The position numbers were made by a program, and so were the translations under genes. From an uncultured Planctomycetota bacterium (GTDB lineage Bacteria; Planctomycetota; Planctomycetia; Gemmatales; Gemmataceae), in contig CAWKHF010000008.1 in NCBI GenBank assembly GCA_963849325.1, positions 32,001 to 96,000 on the forward strand: a stretch of 64,000 nt of DNA, read 5' to 3'. The notes beneath the pieces are model-generated. The model saw nothing but the letters and a program-made list of their open reading frames with translations, had not been told where the DNA came from and ran no database searches. Within the stretch, counting starts at the first letter, position 1. Each line of letters opens with the position of its first letter. Shown one piece after another: positions 19,569 to 30,539 of this stretch.

Positions 19569-20771
19569 TTGATGGACTTCGGCGACCTGTTGAAGAAGGC
19601 TTTCAGCCGCAGGACCGACAATCCCGTGCAGGCGATTGTCGAGGAGCTGGGCCGTCGTCTCCAGGAGATGGAGTCCGCCTCGGTGCGCATCGGCTTCATC
19701 GGTGAAGCGGGCGTCGGCAAGTCCAGCCTCATCAACGCCATCCTTGGCCGCGACGTCGCCCCCGTCGGCGCCACCACCATCACCCACAATCCCGAGGGCG
19801 AGGCGTATCCGTACGACGGCGTCACCCTCGTCGATCTGCCCGGCACCGGCGTACCGGAACGACCGTTCAAAAGCTATGTGGACGATCTGAAATTGCTGGA
19901 ACCGGGCCGATATGACGCCTTCGTGCTGGTCAGTTCGCACCGGCTGCGCGAGAATGAGGTGACGCTGTTCGACGTGCTGCACCAGAAGGGCGGCAAGCCG
20001 TTCTTCGTCGTCCGCAGCCACTTCGACGCGGCGGTGCGGGCGGAGGGCGACGAGGCCACGGCACGGCGGAAGATCGAAGAGGCGTTTCGCAAACACCTGG
20101 GCCAGCCCAACCTCCGCGTTTACATGGTGTCGTCGCCTAACCCAACGCAGTACGACCTGCCGGCATTGCTGCACGACCTGGTTTCGTCGCTGTCGGAACC
20201 GAAACAGGTGCGTCTTCTAGCGGCGATACCCGCCTACACCCGCGAGTTGGTCCAGAAGAAACGCGAGGCGGCCGAAGCGATCGTCTTCGTCTACGCCGGC
20301 CTGGCCGCGGCCAACGGCTTGAATCCCATACCGGGTACGGACATTTTGCTCGACCTGGGCCTGATGCAGAAGATGACGCGGCAAGTCATTGGCGAATTCG
20401 GCCTGCAGCGCGAGCAGCTGGAAAAATTGTCGATGGCCCGCGTGGGTCCGGTGAGTCTCGACTTCATGCTCGATGCCGCCCGCACCGTGCTGGCCCGACT
20501 GGTCGAGGGCAGCATCACCGCCTTCCTCAAGGAAGCCGGCAACGAAGCCGCCAAACAGGTGACGCACAAGGCCGTCGGCACGCAGGTGAAAAAGAAGACC
20601 GGACAGACGGTCGCCCGCTACAGCAGCAAGTACGTCCCCTTCATCGGCCAGCTCGTCTCCGCGGGCATCGGCTTCGGCACCGCCTATTCCTACGGACGAT
20701 TCCTGCTCAACGACTGCGAGGAAGCGCTGGGCCGGATCGTGCAGCGGATCGGCGAACGGACGGTCGGTTAG
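19569..20771 (+). CDS. IRG/IIGP-like P-loop GTPase with C-terminal DUF697-like region
   Basis: G1 GEAGVGKS, G3 DLPG, YDAFVLVSS, FFVVRSHFD; C-terminal NPIPGTD and KYVPFIGQLVSAGI. Confidence 0.8.
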   Translation: MMDFGDLLKKAFSRRTDNPVQAIVEELGRRLQEMESASVRIGFIGEAGVGKSSLINAILGRDVAPVGATTITHNPEGEAYPYDGVTLVDLPGTGVPERPFKSYVDDLKLLEPGRYDAFVLVSSHRLRENEVTLFDVLHQKGGKPFFVVRSHFDAAVRAEGDEATARRKIEEAFRKHLGQPNLRVYMVSSPNPTQYDLPALLHDLVSSLSEPKQVRLLAAIPAYTRELVQKKREAAEAIVFVYAGLAAANGLNPIPGTDILLDLGLMQKMTRQVIGEFGLQREQLEKLSMARVGPVSLDFMLDAARTVLARLVEGSITAFLKEAGNEAAKQVTHKAVGTQVKKKTGQTVARYSSKYVPFIGQLVSAGIGFGTAYSYGRFLLNDCEEALGRIVQRIGERTVG

Positions 20772-21041
20772 CTATTCCTCCTCTTCGCGGCGCGTCAGCT
20801 CGCGTAGGATGCGTTCGACCTGTTCGACGTCCTCATCGCTGACGCCCTCGCGGCGGCGATAGCGGCGCTGGAGGCTGTCGAGGACGTGCTCCCACATGGC
20901 GCGCGTCGGCTCCAGACCCTTCGTCCAGTCGCCGCGGCGCTGCAACTTCCACTTGAAACGCCAGACGCCGGCGAAGCGTTCGGCACAGAGGAAACGCCGC
21001 TGCCCGCTATCGGGGTCCGTGTCTGTCCATTTAATCTGCAT
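20772..21041 (-). CDS. Hypothetical protein (89 aa)
   Basis: Compact ORF with plausible composition directly behind the pseudouridine synthase. Confidence 0.6.
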   Translation of the reverse strand: MQIKWTDTDPDSGQRRFLCAERFAGVWRFKWKLQRRGDWTKGLEPTRAMWEHVLDSLQRRYRRREGVSDEDVEQVERILRELTRREEEE

Positions 21042-22015
21042 GGTCGTCTCGTCCGGCCGCGCAGGCGAGCTAAAAACGCCTGCAAGTCCGGCGGCAGCGG
21101 CATCTCCCAGTGCAGCTCCTGGTGCGTCAGCGGATGCAGGAAACCCAGTTCGACCGCGTGCAAGGCCAGCCGCGGCGCCCGGCTGCGGTCGGGCCGTTCG
21201 CCGCCGCCGGCCAAGTGATGATACACCTTGTCGCCGCAGACCGGGTGGCCTAACTCGGCGAGATGAATGCGGATCTGGTGCGTGCGGCCGGTCTCCAGCC
21301 GGCAGGCCAGTAGCGTGTAAGCGGGCAGCCGTTCGACCACGTCCACGTGGGTGATCGCTTCCTTGCCGGCGCCGGGCTGGTCGGTACTGCCGCGTCGGCC
21401 ATCGCCGCGGTCGCGGACGAAGCGCGTGGCGATGCGCTGCGGCGCTACGAAGCCGGACACGATGGCGAGATAGCGGCGAATGACGGTGTGGGCGTGGAAT
21501 TGCTTGCCCAGCCCGCGCTCGGCGGCCACGCCGCGGGCGAACACGACCAGGCCGCTCGTCTCCTTGTCGAGGCGATGCACGACGCGCAGGCGCGGCAGCG
21601 GTCCCTTGCGGACGCGGCCCTCTCGGCGCGCGATGATCTTCGGTACGAGGTCTTCCAGTGTCGGCGATAGGGCCTTGCGCCGCTCGGTCCAGTCACGCTC
21701 GACGGGATGGCGCACCGTGGCGACGCCGGAGGGTTTCTCGACGACGACCAGGTGCTCGTCGAGATGCCGCAGGACGATCTCTTCTTCTTGACGCGGCTTT
21801 GTTGCGGGCCGTCCCAGCAGCTCGACGGTTTCGCCCTCCTTGAGACGACGCGCGGGATCGAGACACAGTTCGCCGTTGACACGGACGCGGCGGGTCTCGA
21901 TGAGTCGGCGCACCTGGTTCCAGGATTGGCCGGGCAGCCGCTGGCGCAGCAAGGCGGCCAGCGTCAGACCGGCTTGCTCGGCGGGCAGGGTGAAGGGAGC
22001 CAGGGATTCACTCAT
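20795..22015 (-). CDS. RluA-family (RluD-like, S4 domain) pseudouridine synthase; true stop probably near 21040
   Basis: VVEKPSG, VHRLDKETSG, LETGRTHQIRIH, GHPVCGD, LHA; the run-on tail overlaps the next ORF. Confidence 0.9.
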   Translation of the reverse strand: MSESLAPFTLPAEQAGLTLAALLRQRLPGQSWNQVRRLIETRRVRVNGELCLDPARRLKEGETVELLGRPATKPRQEEEIVLRHLDEHLVVVEKPSGVATVRHPVERDWTERRKALSPTLEDLVPKIIARREGRVRKGPLPRLRVVHRLDKETSGLVVFARGVAAERGLGKQFHAHTVIRRYLAIVSGFVAPQRIATRFVRDRGDGRRGSTDQPGAGKEAITHVDVVERLPAYTLLACRLETGRTHQIRIHLAELGHPVCGDKVYHHLAGGGERPDRSRAPRLALHAVELGFLHPLTHQELHWEMPLPPDLQAFLARLRGRTRRPCRLNGQTRTPIAGSGVSSVPNASPASGVSSGSCSAAATGRRVWSRRAPCGSTSSTASSAAIAAARASAMRTSNRSNASYAS

Positions 22016-22257
22016 GTCAGCTCAGATAACCAACGTTCGATTTTCGATACGATTTCGGGTTGTTCCTGGCGGAACTGTTCCGACAGCACCAAACACTCGC
22101 CACAGGTCACGACGACTCCGGTATGATGCGGAACTCCGACCAGCCCCATTTCTACCAGTATTTTGCGACCGCACCTCTGACAGGCCGTAAGGTGCCCGAG
22201 GACCGCCAAACCGTGATCGCTGTCGATGGTATAGGTGTCGTCTACTTTATCTGTCAT
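22012..22257 (-). CDS. Small zinc-ribbon-like protein
   Basis: AAGGAG upstream; two CxxC pairs (CQRC, CGEC); stop overlaps the rluA-family start. Confidence 0.55.
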   Translation of the reverse strand: MTDKVDDTYTIDSDHGLAVLGHLTACQRCGRKILVEMGLVGVPHHTGVVVTCGECLVLSEQFRQEQPEIVSKIERWLSELT

Positions 22258-22310
22258 GATGTCCTGTGTCTCCTTCGCCTTTGCTTGCGGCTCGCGCTCG
22301 GTGTCGGGAA

Positions 22311-24636
<2,326 letters not shown>

Positions 24637-24859
24637 TCAACGAGCGCTAGTTTCCCATTCGCTACGGTCGAAACCGCGCGTCTGTGTCGGACGTGTGTCG
24701 GGACCGAAGTGCGTGAACCCGAACTGTCGAGAGTTCGAGTCTTTCAGGGAGATCCGTCCATTTCTGGACACGATCCGAATCGCGATTCCTCGCCTGCAAG
24801 CTGTTTTTCGGACGATAGTTGTCGGCGGCTTCCCGTCAAAAGTAGCGGGAGGTCCGGGA

Positions 24860-25876
24860 TCATTTCATCAGCGCAAGATTTCGCCAAAGGCTCGCCAGAC
24901 TGTCCGTACCGCCGAAGAGCGTGGTGAAGTGGGTGGAGTCGATGAGCAAGATGTCACCGGCTCGTTGTTCGGTGGACGGCATCCACAGCAGGCAGTTGAA
25001 CTCCTTGTTGCCCGCAGCTGTGAAGGGGTGCGGGCGGTCGGGGTCGATGGCCTGCCGGCCCAGGACATGCACTGAATTCGCGTCCTGGGCGGTCACTTCG
25101 TAATGCGGCAAGTGCAGGTGGAAGTTGAATGTGGTGACGTTATTCAACAACCCCAACTTGTCGAGGTCGCGGAAGGCAGTCAGCGGCGCGATCTCCTTCG
25201 TCCCTTTCACGACTGCGGGACGGAGTCCCCATTGATTGATGACCGGGACGTTGAGCGCCTTCATCAGCGAGCGCGTGTATTGGCTGAATCGCTGCTGGCG
25301 AGGCACGAGTTCGTCGCCGTGGTGGCGATATTCCACCTGCCGCTGCTTCGCGTCGTTGGTGAAACCGACGTCGTGGTGGGGGGCGAGCAGCAGACAGGTC
25401 CCTTCACGTTTGAGCCACTCGCGGATCGCGTTAATTTCGCCCGGCTCCGCTTCCTGTTCGGCGACGAGGTGGTCCAGGCCGAACACCATCAACGTGTCTG
25501 TGTCGGCCAGCACTCGTTCGTCAATCGGCAGCTTGTAACCGGCCTGGTCGATGCGCTGAAACACGGCGACGGGATGCCCGGTCGCCTCACCGACGATCTT
25601 CTGGAATGAAAGCGTAGACCGATGGAACAACTCCAAGGTTCCGCCGATGCCTTGTAGGAAATTCATCTTGTCCCACTCGGAGGCTTCGAAAGCCGGCCAA
25701 GCGACCCGGCGAACTTCGGTCATCGAGGAAAACCGATTGTCCATCTCGGTGAGATCGCGGTTCGTTTCCCACGGATAGCTCCAGGTCCAGTAGATGCTCA
25801 CGCGGCGTTTGCCGGGCGTGTGTTTACGGGCGATGTGGTCCTGGTTGTAAGTGCGAGCGCGTTGAGGTGTGATCAT
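24860..25876 (-). CDS. Hypothetical protein (338 aa), possibly class-I-GATase-like fold
   Basis: Uninterrupted ORF with AAGGA RBS; DTLMVFGLD...EINAIREWL...LLLAPHHD; last gene of the co-oriented cassette. Fold is inference. Confidence 0.8.
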   Translation of the reverse strand: MITPQRARTYNQDHIARKHTPGKRRVSIYWTWSYPWETNRDLTEMDNRFSSMTEVRRVAWPAFEASEWDKMNFLQGIGGTLELFHRSTLSFQKIVGEATGHPVAVFQRIDQAGYKLPIDERVLADTDTLMVFGLDHLVAEQEAEPGEINAIREWLKREGTCLLLAPHHDVGFTNDAKQRQVEYRHHGDELVPRQQRFSQYTRSLMKALNVPVINQWGLRPAVVKGTKEIAPLTAFRDLDKLGLLNNVTTFNFHLHLPHYEVTAQDANSVHVLGRQAIDPDRPHPFTAAGNKEFNCLLWMPSTEQRAGDILLIDSTHFTTLFGGTDSLASLWRNLALMK

Positions 25877-27304
25877 GATTTCCTTCTGATGTTGGAGTTC
25901 GTTCAAAGCTCGTTTGCCAAGAGTCTTGTCGATTAAGCTGCCGTGTCACACTGGCCGCCACGCGGCCGAGAATGCCGGCATACGTCGGAAACGAAAGCGG
26001 AATGTGAGCCAGCTCATCGACTCGCATTCCAGCGGTGATGGCGATCGCCGCAACCTGCGTGATCTCGACCGCCCGTTCACCGACGACGTGGCAACCGAGA
26101 ATCTTGTGCGTCGCGCGATCGACAATCAGCTTGCAAAAACCGAACGTGCGACCGTCGATGATCGTGCGCGTGGTCGCGTCGCAGTGGATCGTCGAGGCCA
26201 GGACATCGTGGGCCGCCCGGGCCTGCGATTCGGTCAGACCCACCTGGGCGTATTCCGGATCCGTGAAGCTGCCGATCGGGTTCACCGCTTCGTCCAGCGT
26301 CATTGTCGCACCGCGAACCGCGTTGGTCGCCGCCAGGTAGCCGTCTTGAATCGCTGGCGGGACCAACAGCAGGCGACCAGTGACATCGCCCGCGGCAAAA
26401 ATGTGCGGCGTGGACGTTCGCAGATACGGATCGACGCGCACAAAGCCCCTCGCATCGGTCTCGACGCCCGCCGCCGTGAGGTTCAGCCCGGCCGTGTTCG
26501 CCTGCCAGCCGACGGCCACGACCGCGAGCGACGCTGCCGCGCTGGTGCGATCGCCGTCTTGGCAATAGTTCATGCGCACGCCGCTTGGCGTTTTCTCGAA
26601 CGATTCGATCTCGCCGAAGTTCTCTTGCACAACGATCCCCGCGCTGCGGAACGCGGAGGCGACGGTCGCCGAAATGTCTACGTCTTCCGTCGGCAGAATG
26701 CGCGGGCCGCGATGGAACAGTTGCACTCGCGAGCCGAAGGCGTTGAAGACCGAAGCGACCTGCGCCCTGTGGCGCCGCCGCCAATCACCAACATTGACGG
26801 CGGCACCGAGGTCAGGCTCCAGGCGTCGCTGTGCGTGTTCGTGAACTCGAATCCGGGGACATCGAGCCGCCGACTGATTCCTCCCGTGCAAAGGATGAGT
26901 TTTTCCGCCTGCAGCCGCAGGCCGGTGGCCGTTTCGATGGTTCGCGAATCGACGAAATTCGCGATGCCGGCGTGTTCGTGCACGGACACGCCCAGCGAAT
27001 CGATCTGCTCGCGCCATGTCGAACTGGCACGCACATCGTGGACGACCTCGCGGACGTGCGCGAGCAGTCTAGAGTAATCGAGTAGCGGCTCGCTCACCGC
27101 AATGCCGTATTGTCCGAGTTGCCGCGCCTCACGCATCAACCGCGCCGCATGAGCCAACGTCCGCACGGGAACAGGACCGTCATTGGCCGCCATGCCGCCG
27201 AATGCGTCGCGGGTCACCAACGCCGTGCGAGCGCCCAGGTCCGCGGCGCGCAACGCCGCCACTACCCCGGCCGGTCCCGCGCCAATGATGATGACGTCGA
27301 TCAT
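25824..27304 (-). CDS. Pyridine nucleotide-disulfide oxidoreductase-family flavoprotein lacking the redox cysteines; frameshift near 26765
   Basis: IGAGPAG FAD motif, VIGGGATG NAD motif, IFAAGDV, FTDPEYAQVG, ILGCHVVG dimerisation domain. Confidence 0.88.
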
Positions 27305-27385
27305 TTACCGTTCGTCCACATTCCGTAGCTGAAGTCATGAGATTTCAACCTGGATTCTTTCGCGACTGACAGGTGTCTCACAACT

Positions 27386-28708
27386 CTAGCGACGCCCTAG
27401 TCCTGCAAGGTAACGAAGTGCCTTGAGGCCCGGCAGGAAAAAGTACGCACCGCCTCGAACCGTCGTGAATGCTGGCAGACTCTTGATCGTCTTGCGGATC
27501 GGCCGCTTCGGAATCTTGAATTCCAGCGTGCCGTCTTGGTTGCCGATGATCGGGTCGCGCTCGTTGCCGAGTTCGTGAAAAGTCCGATCATTGGTCCACA
27601 CGTTTTGCGCAAACTCGAACTGGCGGACGAGGCTGGCGCAACCGATGAAGGCAGCGATCCCTCGTTCCACACCGTCCTCGGGCATGCCCTCGGGCAGCGG
27701 CGGGCCGTAGGTGCCGCCACGGCGAATCATCTGCCGCCGATTCATGTTGGCGGCCGTGTCACGCGGATTCATGCGCCGGATGTGGGCGCCGAGTGGAACG
27801 GCATACCCGTGCGGGTCCATATCCTTGTAGTTGAAGTTGTTGTTTCGCTGCATGTCTGCCCCGAGCGCGGGGTCGTCCTTGTCCGGCGCCAGGACCAGCG
27901 GAGCACCGCTGCGCCAGCGTCCCATGAGCTTCGCCGCGATCAGCTCCTGCCCCCCCGGCGTCTCGCCGTGCTGCCGCAGGAAGTCGCGGAACGCGCCGAC
28001 GTGCTGCTGGAATCGCCGGTAGGCCAGGAAACTGCCGTTCCGGGACAGGATCTCGGGCTGCGGCAGTCCGGGCGTGACGCCGCTCTCGTCCGGGTAACCG
28101 AGAAAGAACTCGCCGGCCTTGAGGGGAGGGCCGGAGCCAGGGGTGGCCACGTCCCCGATCCCCTCGATGGTCGGCGTGGTCAGTCGGTCTCGATAGCCGA
28201 AGTGTTCGTGCGCGTGCCCCAGCGGCGGGATCGCCTCCAGGTCCAGCGTCGAGAGGGCGGTCACGTCGGGAAACTGCGCGGCGTATTGCTGGTGCTCCCG
28301 GACGCAGCGCTCGCGCTCCGCGACGTCGCGGGCGAAGAGGATGACGATGGCGTGGAGGTCCGGACTGGCCAGGCCGCCGACCCAGTGGTCGGGGTGGTTG
28401 GCTCCCGTGTCTCCGAGGACCTCCGCCCGAGCTGCCATGCCCTGCCGAAACTCTTCGGGAAAGGTGGCGAGCGAAGCCTCGGGGACACCGAGGGCCCGCA
28501 GCCCGTTCCAGGTGAAGGCGACGGTCACCCACCGGGAGTCGGTCGCGCCGCCCGACCCAACGACCCGACCGGTGCCTACCTTGTCAAGGATGCCTGAGAG
28601 CCAGGCCCGGCCGCCCGCGGGCTGCCGGAAGGTGAGGAACCCGTACCGCGCCGCCAGGGCGCGGGGCCGGGCCAGGAGGAAATGCTGGATGTCGTCGAGT
28701 TCGAGCAT
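27386..28708 (-). CDS. Dyp-type heme peroxidase
   Basis: LELDDIQ, EHFGYRD, GEFFLGY, NGSFLAYRR, AKLMGRWRSG, AHIRRMNPRD, IRRG, RGGAYFFLPG. Confidence 0.92.
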   Translation of the reverse strand: MLELDDIQHFLLARPRALAARYGFLTFRQPAGGRAWLSGILDKVGTGRVVGSGGATDSRWVTVAFTWNGLRALGVPEASLATFPEEFRQGMAARAEVLGDTGANHPDHWVGGLASPDLHAIVILFARDVAERERCVREHQQYAAQFPDVTALSTLDLEAIPPLGHAHEHFGYRDRLTTPTIEGIGDVATPGSGPPLKAGEFFLGYPDESGVTPGLPQPEILSRNGSFLAYRRFQQHVGAFRDFLRQHGETPGGQELIAAKLMGRWRSGAPLVLAPDKDDPALGADMQRNNNFNYKDMDPHGYAVPLGAHIRRMNPRDTAANMNRRQMIRRGGTYGPPLPEGMPEDGVERGIAAFIGCASLVRQFEFAQNVWTNDRTFHELGNERDPIIGNQDGTLEFKIPKRPIRKTIKSLPAFTTVRGGAYFFLPGLKALRYLAGLGRR

Positions 28709-29139
28709 CAGGGGTTGTCCCGGTTGATGGCGTCGATTTGCGTGCCCTTCGCCCATGCCCAGGCAGCGAGGCGCCAGCCGGCGCCGAGCCGGCGCAGCGC
28801 CACCGTGAGCACCGATCCGGATTGCTTCAGCCGCTTGCCGTGGACCGTGAACGACATGGTCGTCGGGACCGCCACGTAGGCGTGCTCGCCGGTGACGATG
28901 ACATGCCAGGGCTCGCCCAGCGCAACGAAGTAGTCGGAGGCACCTTCGCGCTCACCGGTGATGAGCACGTCCCGGTACCAGTCCTGACTGGCAGCCGGGC
29001 CATGCCAGACATGCGGCGGCATGCCGTCCAGGATGGACATCGGGACCGCGCAGGTCGCCGCCATCTCCGCGCTGTCGCCCCGGTTGAAGCAGTCAAGGTA
29101 ATGCCGCACTGCCGCCATTGGGTCGGTCGCCTCAGCCAT
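28708..29139 (-). CDS. SnoaL/NTF2-like protein
   Basis: VRHYLDCFNRGD...WHG...GWRLAAWAW; TGATG overlap with the Dyp start. Confidence 0.8.
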   Translation of the reverse strand: MAEATDPMAAVRHYLDCFNRGDSAEMAATCAVPMSILDGMPPHVWHGPAASQDWYRDVLITGEREGASDYFVALGEPWHVIVTGEHAYVAVPTTMSFTVHGKRLKQSGSVLTVALRRLGAGWRLAAWAWAKGTQIDAINRDNP

Positions 29140-29191
29140 GCGGTTGTCCTTCCTTCGGTTGATGTTTCATGACGCTGCGAGGAACCGAGGA

Positions 29192-29749
29192 TTATTGCAT
29201 CTGGTCCAGCATGCCGGAAAACGCCGCCTTGAGCTTGAGCGCCTTCTTGATTTCGTCGGCGCTCACATAAGGGTACTCGCCGTATTCCAGGAAGCTGGGG
29301 CACTGGTGCTCGCGCACGAACTTGATGAACGCAGCGGGGTTCGTCTGCCAGTCCTCAGGGAACCCTTCGAGGTTCTCAAAGACCGTCCGCAGGCCGGTCG
29401 CCGAGAAGATGCTTACCGCGTCTTCGGTGTACTTGTCGAAGTCGGTGTCGAAGATGCCCTGGTACATGAAGTAGCTGTCCTTGCCGATATCGAAGAGGAC
29501 CCAGCGCAGGTAGTGGAGCTTCAGCACGGCGAGGCAGTCGGGCGTGGCGGCCACTGCCTGCTCGAGCTTCCTGGCATACGCGTAGAAGTTCTGCTTGGTG
29601 CCGGGCTTGATCCTGGCAAGGATGCTGAAGCCGTAGCAGGCAGGAGTCTTGGGGTAGATCGGGCCGTAGCGTCCCTGCTCTACCTTATCCGGGAAGAATC
29701 CCCCTTCGGGGATCGCCAGGGCAGCGGGTTTCGTCCAGTCGTTCTGCAT
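29192..29749 (-). CDS. Hypothetical protein (185 aa), Dyp-associated alpha+beta-barrel-like
   Basis: LHYLRWVLFD...YQGIFDTDFDKYTED...LEGFP; AAGGAAG RBS. Fold is inference. Confidence 0.8.
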   Translation of the reverse strand: MQNDWTKPAALAIPEGGFFPDKVEQGRYGPIYPKTPACYGFSILARIKPGTKQNFYAYARKLEQAVAATPDCLAVLKLHYLRWVLFDIGKDSYFMYQGIFDTDFDKYTEDAVSIFSATGLRTVFENLEGFPEDWQTNPAAFIKFVREHQCPSFLEYGEYPYVSADEIKKALKLKAAFSGMLDQMQ

Positions 29750-29771
29750 ATCAATCTTCCTTTCTTTCTTG

Positions 29772-30266
29772 TTACTTGTCTTCGCGGAGTCCGACCGGGT
29801 TGTCGTGATGATGAGCGATCTCGGGCTCGCTACTTTTGTCTGTCGAGTCAGCGCACGACGCTTCCTTGTTTTCCGCTGACTGCCTCCGGTGTGCTATGGC
29901 CACAATGCGATTCCCGACAGCCCGAACAACTATGCACGGAACAAGTGCGAGCAGCGTGGCCACGATCAGGGTCTGGACTGGATAGATCCAATGAAGGACG
30001 ATAATCTGGTAAATTGCATCTAGCACAAGCGCGACGAGAAATACCTTGCCGGCAATTCTCCACAGGTTTCTGAGCATGAGGCGCGTTTGAGTCGGGTCGC
30101 GTGCAAGGGTCCAGAAGAAGATCGGCCGACCTTCACGGGCATCCGTCCATCCCGCTCGAATCGCAAGAAATGTCGCAACAAAGGGCTGGATAATCAGCCG
30201 GAAGCTCATCGGTCCATCTACCCGACCGAAGAAATTATCCCACGCTTGCCTGAGTGCCTCTTCCAT
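29772..30266 (-). CDS. Small integral membrane protein
   Basis: GPMSFRLIIQP..A..LAIRAG.DAREGR; three hydrophobic segments. Confidence 0.7.
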   Translation of the reverse strand: MEEALRQAWDNFFGRVDGPMSFRLIIQPFVATFLAIRAGWTDAREGRPIFFWTLARDPTQTRLMLRNLWRIAGKVFLVALVLDAIYQIIVLHWIYPVQTLIVATLLALVPCIVVRAVGNRIVAIAHRRQSAENKEASCADSTDKSSEPEIAHHHDNPVGLREDK

Positions 30267-30539
30267 GGAACGACCACGCTCTGTTACTGGAGGAATCCAT
30301 CAGCATCGTTAAGCACATCCATGAAAGCCGGGAGCCAGTCCATGGCGGTGGGCGGTGATCCGCTTGAGCACAAACCAGGCCACGCCCGCCCACCGCATGG
30401 TAACGCAGACCAGCTTGCCCACAAATGAGCACCTGTTAAACTACTCCGTCTTCCGCCGCCTGGCCAGCCCCTGCCGGTTCTCGCGCCTTGCCCGGTCGCC
30501 GACTGTCGCCGCTGGGGAGGCATTCCCCGTGACCGCTGG

